Notes: generated by a model from the letters alone, not told the origin. A DNA stretch of 64,000 nt from Candidatus Methanophagaceae archaeon GoMg1 (GCA_013180605.1 QBUL01000189.1:2483-66482), one strand, 5' to 3'. Shown: positions 49,440 to 60,510, numbered from the stretch's first letter. Numbers and translations: made by a program.

Positions 49440-49651
49440 AGGTAGAAACCATGGCGGATTTGGAATCACTTCCAGAAGATGAATGGATAGAAGTACCTGA
49501 GGGACTGCATGCAAAGTTTGTCCACAGTATAGATCAGGAGAGTAACAAATTGACAATTACACTTCCAGAGGAAGTCGCTAAGAGGATGGGAGATATGCTT
49601 TCTGCCTATTTCAAAGATGGTAAGATAGTTATAAGCGAGATTGATGGATGA
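49436..49651 (+). CDS. Small acidic hypothetical protein, start overlapping the hisB stop (ATGA)
   Basis: ORF only. Confidence 0.3.
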   Translation: MKVETMADLESLPEDEWIEVPEGLHAKFVHSIDQESNKLTITLPEEVAKRMGDMLSAYFKDGKIVISEIDG

Positions 49652-49765
49652 TTCTTAACAAGATGAAACGAAGAGAGGCGAATGTTGCCCCGTAGTAGTG
49701 GTTCCTTTCTCGTTCCTTTGCGTTCCTCTCAACCCCAAAATTGTTGCAATTGCAATCGAAAAGTT

Positions 49766-50251
49766 TTAAGTTTTTATTTGCCAAAAGTGTATAGATATTA
49801 ATTTGGAGATTGCTATAATCGTGGGAATAATAATAGAGCTTGCAAATTTTATCTTTATCTTTATATCAATGGGCCAAACTGGAAATTTTCCAGTTTCGTT
49901 ATAAATATCTTTGAGATACTTAATGTCGGTTAGGAATTTATCGCCGTTATCTTTATCTAAATTTTTAACATTCTTCGTAATAGATTTTAATATTGTATCA
50001 ATTTTATTGGCAATCTCATCTACTGCTTTCATATGGGCTACTTTCTTCTTAACCATTGTCTTGTGTATCATGTACAAGGGATAAAAAAAGGAGAACATAA
50101 TTCCAATGACAAATATAACAAAACCAATAGCACAGTAATTAGGACCGTAATATCTCCAATATAAACTCCATATAGCAAGCCAGAATGTTGCGGGAATTAG
50201 TGTAAAAACATTATAAACCTTAACTCCGTCTGGGTAGGGAATATGTTTCAT
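49766..50251 (-). CDS. Hypothetical membrane protein in an AT-rich stretch
   Basis: Three TM helices, Lys-rich C-terminus. Local GC is clearly below the window average. Confidence 0.35.
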   Translation of the reverse strand: MKHIPYPDGVKVYNVFTLIPATFWLAIWSLYWRYYGPNYCAIGFVIFVIGIMFSFFYPLYMIHKTMVKKKVAHMKAVDEIANKIDTILKSITKNVKNLDKDNGDKFLTDIKYLKDIYNETGKFPVWPIDIKIKIKFASSIIIPTIIAISKLISIHFWQIKT

Positions 50252-50333
50252 TATATCTCCCGCAATATCTCACCTTTTGCAGATCAACAGTAAATAAGAA
50301 CCGACATCATTATATAGGCATATTCCCCCTCTA

Positions 50334-52930
50334 TTGAATATGGAACAATGGGCCAAAGAATGGCTGAAGGAACAGAGGGGTCAGGGTGTAAAATGCCTTG
50401 AGGTAAAGATGCAGGAAAATGCCACTATGTCTATCATTCGACTACATACTGGGATAAAGCACTCAAAAAACCAAGAAAAAACTCAAAATATCTTGGAATG
50501 CTTAATCCAGATAAAGGGCTTATCAAATCAGGTGGAAGACATAGAATTCATCCGTCCGATATCAGAAACATCACCGAATATGGTAACTCGATGCTGTTGC
50601 ATGAAACAATGAACATGGATTTTCAATGACATAATTAACGTAATATTTTCATACTCAAACAAACTTTAATTTCTTTTCTTACTCCTTCAATCGTTTTTTA
50701 AACCGTCCTGCTAGTCTTTAGGCATTACGCAATTACGAGTGTAATAGGAAATTTGTGTTACTTAAACACGAAGAATTAGGCATCCAGAAAAAAAAAGTTT
50801 CTGCTCTAAAATCGGTTTAACAAACCTCCATTTTCACTTCTTTTTTAAATAAGCACGGATTGGCGCCTGATGGAATATCTAGAACATGTACCATAACAAT
50901 CAAAATACAAGCTTATTTGCGTAAGGTGAAGACGTGAAGAAAACCCTGTTAAATGGCGATAGAAGCCAATGCCTGCCTAAAATCCCCCAGAATCGGGTGT
51001 TCGCATTACGCAAATTATGCGTGTGAAAATCCATGATGGAATATCTCATGCCTCTATTGAAAGGGGGTTTTCCAGTCTATTGGACTGAAATCTGTGCTCT
51101 TACTATGGTGCGTGTCACTGGCAATGTACCGTTGAAACGGGTAAAGGATGCATGGGAGAAACTCTACAATGCAGAAGACATCAAACCACATCTAAATCCG
51201 AAGAATCTCACCAAAGTTATGCGTGAAGTAGGTGTAAACCGGGCTGGCCAGAACGTTATCTTCAAGGAACTTGCAGATCTGAGCAAACAGCTTGTTTATG
51301 ATCTAAGCTCAGTGTTCTCACGCTCTATGAGTATCAGCCAGGCGGAAAAGGGCTATAACAAGGATAAGATACACGTACCTCAGATTAATCTCGCACTTCT
51401 CTGCAGTGCCGATTCAGGATTGCCAACAATGATACGATCCCTGCCTGGCAGTGTGAAGGATATAAAAACCCTGTATTACTCGATCGATGAACTCGATATA
51501 GGTGGGAAGATTCCCATTTCTACGGTACGCGCATCCATCTCAACAAGCACCTTTACTATCACAATCGTTTGATCATGTGTGGGAAACGAAAGTGTGACAA
51601 TATCTTCCTGTACTTATTCAAGGATCAGGATCTCATGCTGGAAGAGCGTAAGACCCTGTATACCTAAGTTTCAGAGTATAAATAATCATAGACATTCTAT
51701 CAACAAACTTTGCCACTATTTCCAGTAAACGGAGGAGGCATTTGATTAGCTATTCGCATACGTAGTCAATAACAGATATGCGTCACCACGGAAATAAAAG
51801 CACCCTTTGTGAACAGCTATCGTCCCAGATAACCTTAAATTTACGGGCAAAGCAGAAATAAATCGAGAAGCTTTTTATTGTGTATTCACTAACTTAAACA
51901 TTATGCAACTGAAGGTTGTTTCAAAGGTTAAAGCGATAGTGAAGGGCGTGAGTACCTATTTCAAATGCACATACGCCTCAGAGGGGGGCCGGATAACAAT
52001 TGATTTTAATAGGCGTGATGGTAAAATAGCGGATGCTGAGCGACTTGATGGTAAGTACGCATTGGTGAGCACGCGGATTACGATGAGCGCAAAAGAGATA
52101 ATTTCTGCATATAACGGGGCTCCGCCCCGTTGACCCCGAAAACCCTGTAAGGGTTTAATGACAAGGACGGGATAGAAAAGGCGTTTTGCTGCATTAAACA
52201 GCCGATTGGACTCAGACCGATAAGGCATTGGTTGGATGGAAGGGTTAAAGCCCACATATTCATATGCTACCTTTCATATCTATTGATGAAAACTCTTGAA
52301 TACATGCTCCAAAAAGGAGGATTGAAGATGAGCGCCGAGTATGCGTTGAAACAACTGGGTCGGGTGAAGTATGTTGTAGTCACTAATCCAAATGGGGGCA
52401 TCACAACATCTAAATTGTCCATTCCCTCACGGGAACAAAGGCAAATTATGGATGTGCTGGGGGTCGAGTATATAAAGTCTGAAACTTAGGTGTATAAGAA
52501 ACTGGATGAGAACAAGATGGATAAGAAAGAGCTAAGGGCGCAGATGAAGAAGGCTGGGAAGATCCTCATACTCTCAAATCTTGATCTCGAAGAACATGAG
52601 ATTTGTGAGCTACATAAGAAACGTGAATGGGTTAAGAAGATGTTTGACACCTACAAAACAATGCTTAATGCTGATAAAATCTACTTACAGGACGATGAGA
52701 GTGTCTTTGGACATGTGTTCATATCGTTTCTGTCCCTTTACATCCACTGTAAACTGGAACAGCTCTTAAAGAAGGCAAAACTCAATCATAAGCTCACTCC
52801 GATTGATCTATTATTCAAATATGGCAAAGTATATCATGTCAAGCTGGGCAATAGCAGCATGATCACCGAGGTTCCAAAGAAGGTAGGGGATCTGGAGGAA
52901 AAACTTGGGTTGAACATATTCCCTAGGTGA
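50334..52930 (+). mobile_element. Decayed IS4/IS1634-family insertion-sequence remnants (at least two truncated transposase 3' modules back to back)
   Basis: 'DGKYALVSTRITMSAKEIISAYNG…RPIRHWLDGRVKAHIFICYLSYLLMKTLE' and 'GKILILSNLDLEEHEICELHKKREWVKKMF…SVFGHVFISFLSLYIHCKLE' both match the IS4 C-terminal module (GKy.lvTN…ei…Y..RW.IE…H.f..fLa..l). Five ORF fragments in different frames. Confidence 0.55.
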
Positions 52931-53000
52931 TACGGTGTTAAGGTTAATAGAGATAAAAGTGAAAAGGAACCACTGTTGATCCGAAAAAGAAGGCAACGAC

Positions 53001-53678
53001 ATGGTAAAAAGAACCGACTTGAACACGGACAGATATTACAAAAGAGCGAAGGCAGAAGGTTACAGGGCACGTTCCGCGTTTAAACTGTTGCAAATCGTCA
53101 ATAAGTTTGAAGTGATAAAAGAAGGCGACATTGTTGTGGATCTGGGTGCGGCCCCTGGCGGATGGTCGCAGGTTGCAAAAGAGATAGTTGGAGAGAAAGG
53201 AGTAGTTATAAGCGTGGATTTGCAGCAAATAGAACCAATAGAAGGTGTGGAATCACTAAAAAGCGATATAACAAACGAAATGGAAACGATAAAGACGATC
53301 AAAGAGACGCTATTAATGAAGATTTCGAAAGGAAAGGATCTGGTGGACGTCGTTTTATCGGATGCATCGCCAAAGTTAAGTGGGAACAGAGATTATGACC
53401 ATTTTCGGTCATTTGAGCTGGCTAAATCCGTATTGAACGTTGCTTCTGCGCTTTTACGTAATAACGGCAGTTTTGTTGCAAAAATATTCCAGGGTGTTTG
53501 CTATAACGAATTTTACAAGGATGTACAGGAAAAATTCGCGTATACAAAGGCATATTCGCCAGCAGCCACACGTAAAAGAAGTGCAGAGGTTTACGTGATA
53601 GGAAAAGGTTTTCTTGGCAATCAAAATTCACCGCAGAGAACGCTGAGTTCGCAGAGAAAATTAGATGTCAGGTGTTAG
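53001..53678 (+). CDS. rlmE: 23S rRNA (uridine-2'-O)-methyltransferase RlmE/FtsJ
   Basis: 'YRARSAFKLLQIVNKFEVIKEGDIVVDLGAAPGGWSQVA' is the SAM-binding motif. The last ~17 codons lie inside a MITE-like element. Confidence 0.85.
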   Translation: MVKRTDLNTDRYYKRAKAEGYRARSAFKLLQIVNKFEVIKEGDIVVDLGAAPGGWSQVAKEIVGEKGVVISVDLQQIEPIEGVESLKSDITNEMETIKTIKETLLMKISKGKDLVDVVLSDASPKLSGNRDYDHFRSFELAKSVLNVASALLRNNGSFVAKIFQGVCYNEFYKDVQEKFAYTKAYSPAATRKRSAEVYVIGKGFLGNQNSPQRTLSSQRKLDVRC

Positions 53679-53754
53679 TAGCTGTTCTAAACCGCTAAAC
53701 TGCTATCCTCTGCGCTCTCTGTGAACTCTGCGGTTAACCGGCTGGTATTGTCAA
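53627..53754 (-). repeat. MITE-like element (inverted relative to 18901-19040); its left end supplies the rlmE stop region
   Basis: Reverse complement is ~85% identical to 18901-19040. Confidence 0.75.
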
Positions 53755-53834
53755 GTTAAATAACTACGTAGGAAGTTATACATTATGCACATTAATAAGC
53801 AAAAAGGCTAAGGGGGATATTATTACGGATAAGA

Positions 53835-54797
53835 ATGCAAATGAACTTCCTGCTTGCTCATCTGGCTATTTTTGTAATCGCAATACTTATGGACGTAACG
53901 GTAGGCGACCCCCCGGAGAGAACGGAAAAATATTACCCGATTGTGTGGATAAGTCGGCTGATGTATTTCTTTGATAGAATAACGAAGAGGGGGAATGCGA
54001 GAAAGGAGAAAATCCTTGGCGTAATATATCCCATATTGATACTGTTTATTTTCTGCTTGCCTTGTTTAATGCTCATCCGCATACCCCTCCACTATCACTA
54101 CGGGCTTTTATATGTTGTCCTGGTAGCGCTCATTTTCAAGATGACTTTCACGGTAAAGGGGTTAGAAAGATATGGAAGATATGCAATGGAAGCGGTGGAT
54201 TTAGAAGCGAAGAGAGAAGCAGTAGGAAAGATAGTCGGGAGAGACATAGCGGATTTAGATATGGAACATCTCGATTCTGCGGCAGTAGAATCCGTAGCAG
54301 AGAACATAACTGATTCGGTCATAGCCCCTCTCTTCTATTTCGCATTCTTCGGCGTCTTTGGTGCTATGTTTTATCGCGTGATAAATACGTTAGATGCTAC
54401 CGTGGGGTATAAGACCACGAGATACCGGCATTTCGGCTGGTTCTCTGCGAAAGCCGATGACGTACTGAATTACGTGCCAGAGCGGATTGCTGCAGGTTTG
54501 ATTCTATTGTCGGGTGGTTCAAGTACAAAACACGGAGATTTGAGAAGTCATGGTTATGCGAACGAAACTGCTCCTTTGACAATAGCGGCAATGAGCCGAG
54601 TGTTAAAAGTAAAGTTGGAGAAGGTCGGGCATTACGTCGTGGGCGAACGCTTTGAAGGTGCGAGAAGTGAGCATATAGCGGGCGCGATAAGAACAGCAAA
54701 AAGAAGCACGTTTATTTTCGCTCTTGTCTGTATCACGGTTATGATTATTCTTTATTTGGGCGGGTGGAGCTGGTTAAAAATGCAACCTTTCTTTTGA
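53835..54797 (+). CDS. cbiB: Adenosylcobinamide-phosphate synthase CbiB (CobD-family membrane protein)
   Basis: 'LLAHLAIFVIAILMDVTVGDPPE…YPIVWISRLM' is the CbiB N-terminus; about 320 aa polytopic. Confidence 0.85.
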   Translation: MQMNFLLAHLAIFVIAILMDVTVGDPPERTEKYYPIVWISRLMYFFDRITKRGNARKEKILGVIYPILILFIFCLPCLMLIRIPLHYHYGLLYVVLVALIFKMTFTVKGLERYGRYAMEAVDLEAKREAVGKIVGRDIADLDMEHLDSAAVESVAENITDSVIAPLFYFAFFGVFGAMFYRVINTLDATVGYKTTRYRHFGWFSAKADDVLNYVPERIAAGLILLSGGSSTKHGDLRSHGYANETAPLTIAAMSRVLKVKLEKVGHYVVGERFEGARSEHIAGAIRTAKRSTFIFALVCITVMIILYLGGWSWLKMQPFF

Positions 54798-54835
54798 AAA
54801 GAAAGGTTGACCAACATTTTTTTTTTTACCTGCGG
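54797..54835 (+). terminator. Hairpin CCTTTCTTTTGAAAAGAAAGG followed by TTGACCAAC and a T11 run
   Basis: Seen directly; same family as 7203/8466. Confidence 0.55.
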
Positions 54836-54848
54836 TAAAAAACCTTGA

Positions 54849-57421
54849 CTAAAAATATAGTTTAATAGCGGGAATCCAGCCATAATAAATCTTTCCATTT
54901 GCATCTCTGAATTCAGTGCAGTTTATCCCGCCGTTTGCTGTTGGCAGTGCAGGTGTGTGGTGAATTTGTGGATAAGAGCCTGTTTTTATGGTGTAGTTGT
55001 ATGTTTCTGCTTCAAGCGTGGATGGTAATAGGAACATTATACGGTGTGTCCGGTCCATGGGAAGTGCTGGAATAGTGCCTTATCCCTTCAGTAAAACATA
55101 TAGAATGCATCTCCACCACAATCCCAAGTTGATGGAGCACCTTGCCAGTAATAAATATGTCCACTAGCAAACCCTAATCTGTTTCCAACATAATATCCTA
55201 TTGGACATGGAATAGACTCCAATTGTTCCCAATTATCAGATGAGACACTATAACGATAGAAGTTATATCCAGGGGCTTCTAAACAACTACCACCACCAAG
55301 AGCGAATATATAATCTGGATACTCATTAACCCATAGCAAAGAGCCGCCATCTCCAACGCCTTCACTCTCAGGTATAGGACTCATATCTTCCCAAGCCTTT
55401 GTGGAAATATGGTAGCGAGCAAAATCTCCATTTGGAACAGTCTCATCATATTCTCCCCGCAGTGCATATAAATATTCTCCCCCTGTCCAAACTAAAGAAG
55501 CTCCGTCATCGGTATCCGTCCAAGTTGGATTAAAAGGGAGAGCATTCTAGGAATTGGTAGAAATATTATAGCAAGCAAAAGCAGTTCCATGACCTTTGCT
55601 TCCTATTATGGCATAAATGTTATATCCCGACCATGTTATGGCATCACCAGCACCTTGGGCATGAGTAGTATCTGTTAATTGTTCCCAACTGTTAGTTGAA
55701 ATATCATAGCGATAGAAAAGGCGACGGTTACTATCGCTATATCTCCCACCAAGTAATACATAGATTGAATCGTCATAATTCCACGCAAGTGCTGCGCCAT
55801 TTCTAAATGCTCCGGTTTGAAGTCCTGATGTATCTCTCGGATCCCAACTATTCGTTGTTGGATTATACCGCCAGAAATAAGGAGTAGAAGAAGCATGCAT
55901 GCATCTCGCAATGTATATGTGGCTGCTTGTTCCAACCACTGCTTCTCCGTAACCACCAGCTTTAGGCGTATCTGCTTTCTCAATCCACCCATGACCTCCT
56001 TCCTGAATGTTAACAGCATAATCTTCTGTATCTCCATAGGTATAGCTTCCACATGGACCGTGATAGGAATAATACTGCTGAACTATTCTCATCCTGGTAC
56101 TTCCCAAAGTGGCATCACTGGGAATGTTAACATTGGCAGAAACAATACCGCCATCTGATGAGCAATGACCCATCTCTATCCCCTCTCCACTATCTTCAAA
56201 ATCTAAATCGTGATTCCAGTCGAAATATGCTTTTACGTATTCTGACCAGCTATCAATCTGACTTATGGTTACCTCTAAGGAATAGGTGCGTCCTCTGACC
56301 ACATCGGTGGAAATAGAAGTATAGTTCGCATAACCATCCCCACCGGAGCTTTTATCAATGGTATTGAACTGAACTCTTGAAATCCATTCCTCATTATAGA
56401 TTGTCCCACCGCAGGAACAATAACCTGAAGGAGGTGTGGGAGGAGTCCTATTCCTATAAGCCATCGTGTATGAACCGTAATTGGTACTATAACCTGAGGC
56501 CTGGATGTAGTACGTGCCTGGGGAGGTTATGCTATACGTGATCTTCGCATTAGTGCCATCACATGCATCATCGTTAGATGTGAGAAATCCTCCTGCTGTA
56601 TCGAAAAGGTAAAGATAGGAATCGTAATTATCACTCCCTCCATCCGCAGAGCAGAGAGAGAACTCATACGTGCCAGTTGTAGTTATGCTCACCGCATATC
56701 GCTTCGTATCTGTGGATGAACTGAGGGAACCTGAAACGGTCTGCCAGCTCGTAGTTGGATAGAGCGTGGTGACATTTGTGGAAGCAGTTCTACCATTGCA
56801 AGTCGTTATTAGACCTGGAGGTGGAGGAGGTGTTGGCGGTGGTGTTGGCGGTGGTGTATCTGTTGTGAAAGTCAGATCGGATCCGTAATCGGTGCCTACA
56901 CCGCTTGATGCTACTGTTCTGAAGTGGTAAGTGGTATCATCATCCAAGCTTGATATGCTTGTACTAAATGAGCCTGCTGATGATTTTGACTGTTCAGGTG
57001 TGGAATAGCCATAAGATGCTGTTTTTCCGTATTCAAACCATAGCTGGCAAGTAATAGAACCCGAATGTTCTTTTACGGGCGCGCCTGTTGAATCAAGGTT
57101 ACCATTTAGCGTTGCTGATATTGTAGTAACACTTGTTGCCACATTGGTTGTAACTTGTGGAGGGCTGTAATCGCTACACAGTGCATAATAAGGAGCACAT
57201 GTCGCTGAGAGTGAAGTCCCGTCACAGCAACAATAACCGATACCGCCATGAGAACATTGGTAACTGCAAACCCCACCGTGCCAAGAACAACATCCGGAGT
57301 GTGCTTCTATGTCTCCGATTGACGCAAATAAAAACAAAGAGACAAGTATTAAAACTATCAGAACCTTCAGAAAACGTATATATCCCTGTTTTGTTTCTTT
57401 TTCCTTATCCTTTCTCTCCAT
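54849..57421 (-). pseudogene. Disrupted gene for a large secreted Kelch-repeat surface protein, split into three or more ORFs (55547..57421, 55088..55384, 54849..55058); C-terminus carries the shared 'ETYNYTIKTGSYPQI…WIPAIKLYF' domain
   Basis: Kelch-like 'YRYDISTNSWEQL' at the end of the first ORF continues as 'YRYSVSSDNWEQL' in the next ORF, in a different frame. Signal peptide and a PPTPPPTPPPPP linker are present. Confidence 0.5.
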
Positions 57422-57536
57422 AGAACCCCTTCCCTAAATACAAAGTTTTCAACTATAAGTATATCTTTCTATACTTAAGTATATAATAATGAACTATAAC
57501 CCTTTATAATAAAACCACCTAACTAACATCTGAGGG

Positions 57537-57878
57537 ATGTTCATGGTGGGTGGAAGAAAAGGATTCGAACTGCTAAATATGATACTGAGCGAGGGGTCGT
57601 TAGAAATACTTGAGGTTGCAAAAGATGGGGAGCCAAAGCATTTTACGGACTTCAGAGAGTTAGTTAATTCTCGAACAGGGAATGTATTTTCACCCAATAC
57701 AATATCCACCCGGTTAAAAGAGCTTGTTGAAGTTGGAGCATTAGAAAGAATCATAACAAAAACGAAGAGAGAGAGGGATGTCGTGGGCTATAAAATAACA
57801 CCAGAGGGGTTAAAAGCACTGGAGATTTCTTATAGATATGAAGAGGAATTGCAAAACTGCTTTGGGAAGGAGAAATAG
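57537..57878 (+). CDS. Winged-HTH transcriptional regulator (HxlR/MarR-like)
   Basis: 'HFTDFRELVNSRTGNVFSPNTISTRLKELVEVGALERI'. Confidence 0.5.
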   Translation: MFMVGGRKGFELLNMILSEGSLEILEVAKDGEPKHFTDFRELVNSRTGNVFSPNTISTRLKELVEVGALERIITKTKRERDVVGYKITPEGLKALEISYRYEEELQNCFGKEK

Positions 57879-58021
57879 AGGGAGCACCTAAGTTTTTTCT
57901 GCAAAAAGTATTAGATAAAGTCTTAAATGAAATAGCCACAATACGGAATTGAAAGTTATTCATATCCAATATCCTTTTTCCTCTAAAATATCACTTATAA
58001 AAGATTCAACAGGAGCGGAAA

Positions 58022-59104
58022 TTGGTCAAACCAAGAACGGCAATACAGGGAATAGAAATTTGTGAGCACGGCGGGAAACGGGAAAAGGATGGAGCGGGTG
58101 GAGTAATAGACTTCAGTACGAATTTGAACCCGTATGGACCGCCGGATTTTGTTTTCCGTGCGATAAAAGAAGCGACACTCGAAATAAACACGTATCCGGA
58201 CACCGAATCCCGCAAGCTGAGGGAGCAGATATCGAAAAAATGTGGATGTGAAGAAGAGGAAGTGTTAGTAGGTGCGGGTGTTTCTGAACTAATCCAGCTT
58301 GTAGCTCTCGCTTTTGTACGAGATGGGGTGCTAATGCTGAAGCACACGTATGGCGAATATGAAGTTGCAGCGAAGATGATGGGCGGAACAATCAAACGAA
58401 TAGAAATGCCGGGTCCTGGTCTGCGTGTGTATCCTGAGCGGATTGTAGAGGAAATGAAACCCGATGACGTGGTATTCCTTTGCAATCCGAATAATCCAAC
58501 AGGGCAGTACCTTGGCAAAGAGGAATTGTGGCAGATAATAGAAGAAGCGGAGAGAGTGGATGCACAGGTAGTGATGGATGAAGCGTATATTGACTTTGTC
58601 GAAAATGCTTTTCTATTGCATACCTTTTCCACGCGGAATTTAGTTATTCTAAGGTCACTGACGAAATCTTATGCAATCCCGGGTATACGGATTGGATACG
58701 CGATTTCGTCTGCAGAGAACATAATGGCGATGAGAAAAGTAAAAGTTCCATGGAGTGTTACCGCATTTGCACAGCGCACAGGGTCGGCAGTGATAAGCGG
58801 CGCAGAAGGTTCAGACGAGTTTTTAGCGGATACGAGGAAGAAGATAAAAAGAAGCAAGGTAAAAATAGAAAACCGGCTTAGAGAGCGGGATATGCACGTA
58901 GAATCAGATGCCAATTTTTATGTTCTGGATGTGGGGCATGAAAAAGCAAGTGAAGTGAAAAGAGAACTTTTGAAGCAGGGGCTTCTGGTGAGAGATTGCA
59001 CGTCCTTTGGCTTGCCTTCGCATATAAGGTTTTCCGTGAGGCAGGAAGAGGAGAATGAGCGGTTAATGGATGCACTATTAGCCCTCAAAAAATCCAAATC
59101 ATAA
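58022..59104 (+). CDS. cobD: L-threonine-O-3-phosphate decarboxylase (CobD/CobC type; class II aminotransferase fold)
   Basis: 'EHGGKREKDGAGGVIDFSTNLNPYGPP' parallels Salmonella CobD 'AHGGNIREAA…LDFSANINPLGMP'. PLP-Lys context 'LRSLTKSYAIPGIRIGY'. Confidence 0.75.
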   Translation: MVKPRTAIQGIEICEHGGKREKDGAGGVIDFSTNLNPYGPPDFVFRAIKEATLEINTYPDTESRKLREQISKKCGCEEEEVLVGAGVSELIQLVALAFVRDGVLMLKHTYGEYEVAAKMMGGTIKRIEMPGPGLRVYPERIVEEMKPDDVVFLCNPNNPTGQYLGKEELWQIIEEAERVDAQVVMDEAYIDFVENAFLLHTFSTRNLVILRSLTKSYAIPGIRIGYAISSAENIMAMRKVKVPWSVTAFAQRTGSAVISGAEGSDEFLADTRKKIKRSKVKIENRLRERDMHVESDANFYVLDVGHEKASEVKRELLKQGLLVRDCTSFGLPSHIRFSVRQEEENERLMDALLALKKSKS

Positions 59105-59196
59105 GCACCAAAATCTAAACAAATTCAAATATCTAAATTAAAAATTCTTGTGGAAATCTGTGTAATCTTGTGGTTATAAAAGGAGCAAAGCACGGT

Positions 59197-60246
59197 ATGA
59201 AAATAGAAAGAGAGAAAGGATATATTGCGGTGCATGCGAATGAGGATTTTAATGTCCTGAGTTCTGCAGTCTATAACGGTGGTTCTGTCAGGGCGAGCAG
59301 CACGATAATAAACTTGAACGTGAGCGAGGATTTCCATGGCGATGCTTTTGCGGTCTTTGATTCATTTATCGAGAAAAAAAAATTAGAACGGGAAAAGGTG
59401 GTTGGAATAATGACTGCGGTGCCAATGGAGAATGCCGTAATCAAGAAGAAAGGAGCTATAACGGCGATTATCACCGCGGGCATATCCGCATCAACGATAA
59501 ACATAATCTTAGCGATAGAGAAGAACCTGTCTCAGGCTGCGATGGCAAATACGCTAATTGTAGCAACAGAAGCTAAAACAGCAGCTCTATTTGATCTCGA
59601 TATGCGAGATGAGCAGGGAGACCTGTTTACGGGTGATTCTACTGATTCCGTGGTTGTTGCCTGTTATAGTAAAACCCATTTAGAGAAGGGAGAAGAGGAG
59701 GAGATATTTGCAGGTAAGGCGACGAAGTTAGGAAGTGCCGTGTACGAGGTGGTGAGAAAAGGCGTAAAGGAAGCTCTTTTTCGATACAATGGGTTAACGG
59801 CGGACAGACCGATACTGAAAAGGCTGGAAGAACGAGGGATATATTTGGAAGATATGGTATCAACAGCTCTGGAACTCTATGTGCCACCAGTAGAAGGAGA
59901 AGCAGGGACAGGAGAACAAGAGCTAGAAAGGAGGTTGGAGGCGACAATAAAGAAGGAATGTTCGGATGTGAACGTGGCATTGCTACTGGCAGCGGCGCTT
60001 CATTCGGATGAGGAAGAGATAAGAAAGGGCAGAGCAGGTAAGGCAGGCGAGGAAGATGCAGCATGTATTGTCGCTGATGAGCTAATAGGAATTGACATAG
60101 CGGAATATATAGGGGGAAAAAAGGCGCTTTTTAATTTTTTCTATTACGATACGAGGAAGCCCGGGATATTGAGCCAACTGGATGTTTTCATGGACGATGC
60201 CATAGGTGGACTGATAGCGGGCTGCATGAGTAAGATGCTTGGCTAA
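59197..60246 (+). CDS. cbiZ-cobZ: Fusion of adenosylcobinamide amidohydrolase CbiZ (N-terminal) with a PgpA-like alpha-ribazole-phosphate phosphatase CobZ domain (C-terminal)
   Basis: 'VLSSAVYNGGSVRASSTIINLNV' (CbiZ). C-terminal 'FNFFYYDTRKPGILSQLDVFMDDAIGGLIAG' resembles the PgpA 'FDI.KP…DD..AG' motif. A TATA-like 'TTATAAAA' sits at 59163-59170, so start is taken at 59197 rather than 59170. Confidence 0.6.
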   Translation: MKIEREKGYIAVHANEDFNVLSSAVYNGGSVRASSTIINLNVSEDFHGDAFAVFDSFIEKKKLEREKVVGIMTAVPMENAVIKKKGAITAIITAGISASTINIILAIEKNLSQAAMANTLIVATEAKTAALFDLDMRDEQGDLFTGDSTDSVVVACYSKTHLEKGEEEEIFAGKATKLGSAVYEVVRKGVKEALFRYNGLTADRPILKRLEERGIYLEDMVSTALELYVPPVEGEAGTGEQELERRLEATIKKECSDVNVALLLAAALHSDEEEIRKGRAGKAGEEDAACIVADELIGIDIAEYIGGKKALFNFFYYDTRKPGILSQLDVFMDDAIGGLIAGCMSKMLG

Positions 60247-60294
60247 CACTTTTTCATTTTTACAAAAAAGAAAACCTGTGCTAAAAGAAAAAGT

Positions 60295-60510
60295 ATGCAT
60301 GAGTCAGCTACAATTCAAGACGTATACGAAGCGCTGAAGAGACTGGGAGAGAAGATGGCTACACGAGAAGATATTGAAGCACTCGTTGATTCCGTTGAAA
60401 TTATCAGCAATCCAAAAACGATGGAAGCACTCCGAAAAAGTGAAGAAGATATTAAAGCAGGCAGGATTAAGGCAATCACTTCTGTTGAAGATATGCTTAC
60501 TGAGCTGTGA
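60295..60510 (+). CDS. Orphan antitoxin-like small protein (RelB/Phd-type C-terminal motif)
   Basis: '…EEDIKAGRIKAITSVEDMLTEL' is a typical antitoxin C-terminus. No toxin gene adjacent. Confidence 0.4.
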   Translation: MHESATIQDVYEALKRLGEKMATREDIEALVDSVEIISNPKTMEALRKSEEDIKAGRIKAITSVEDMLTEL

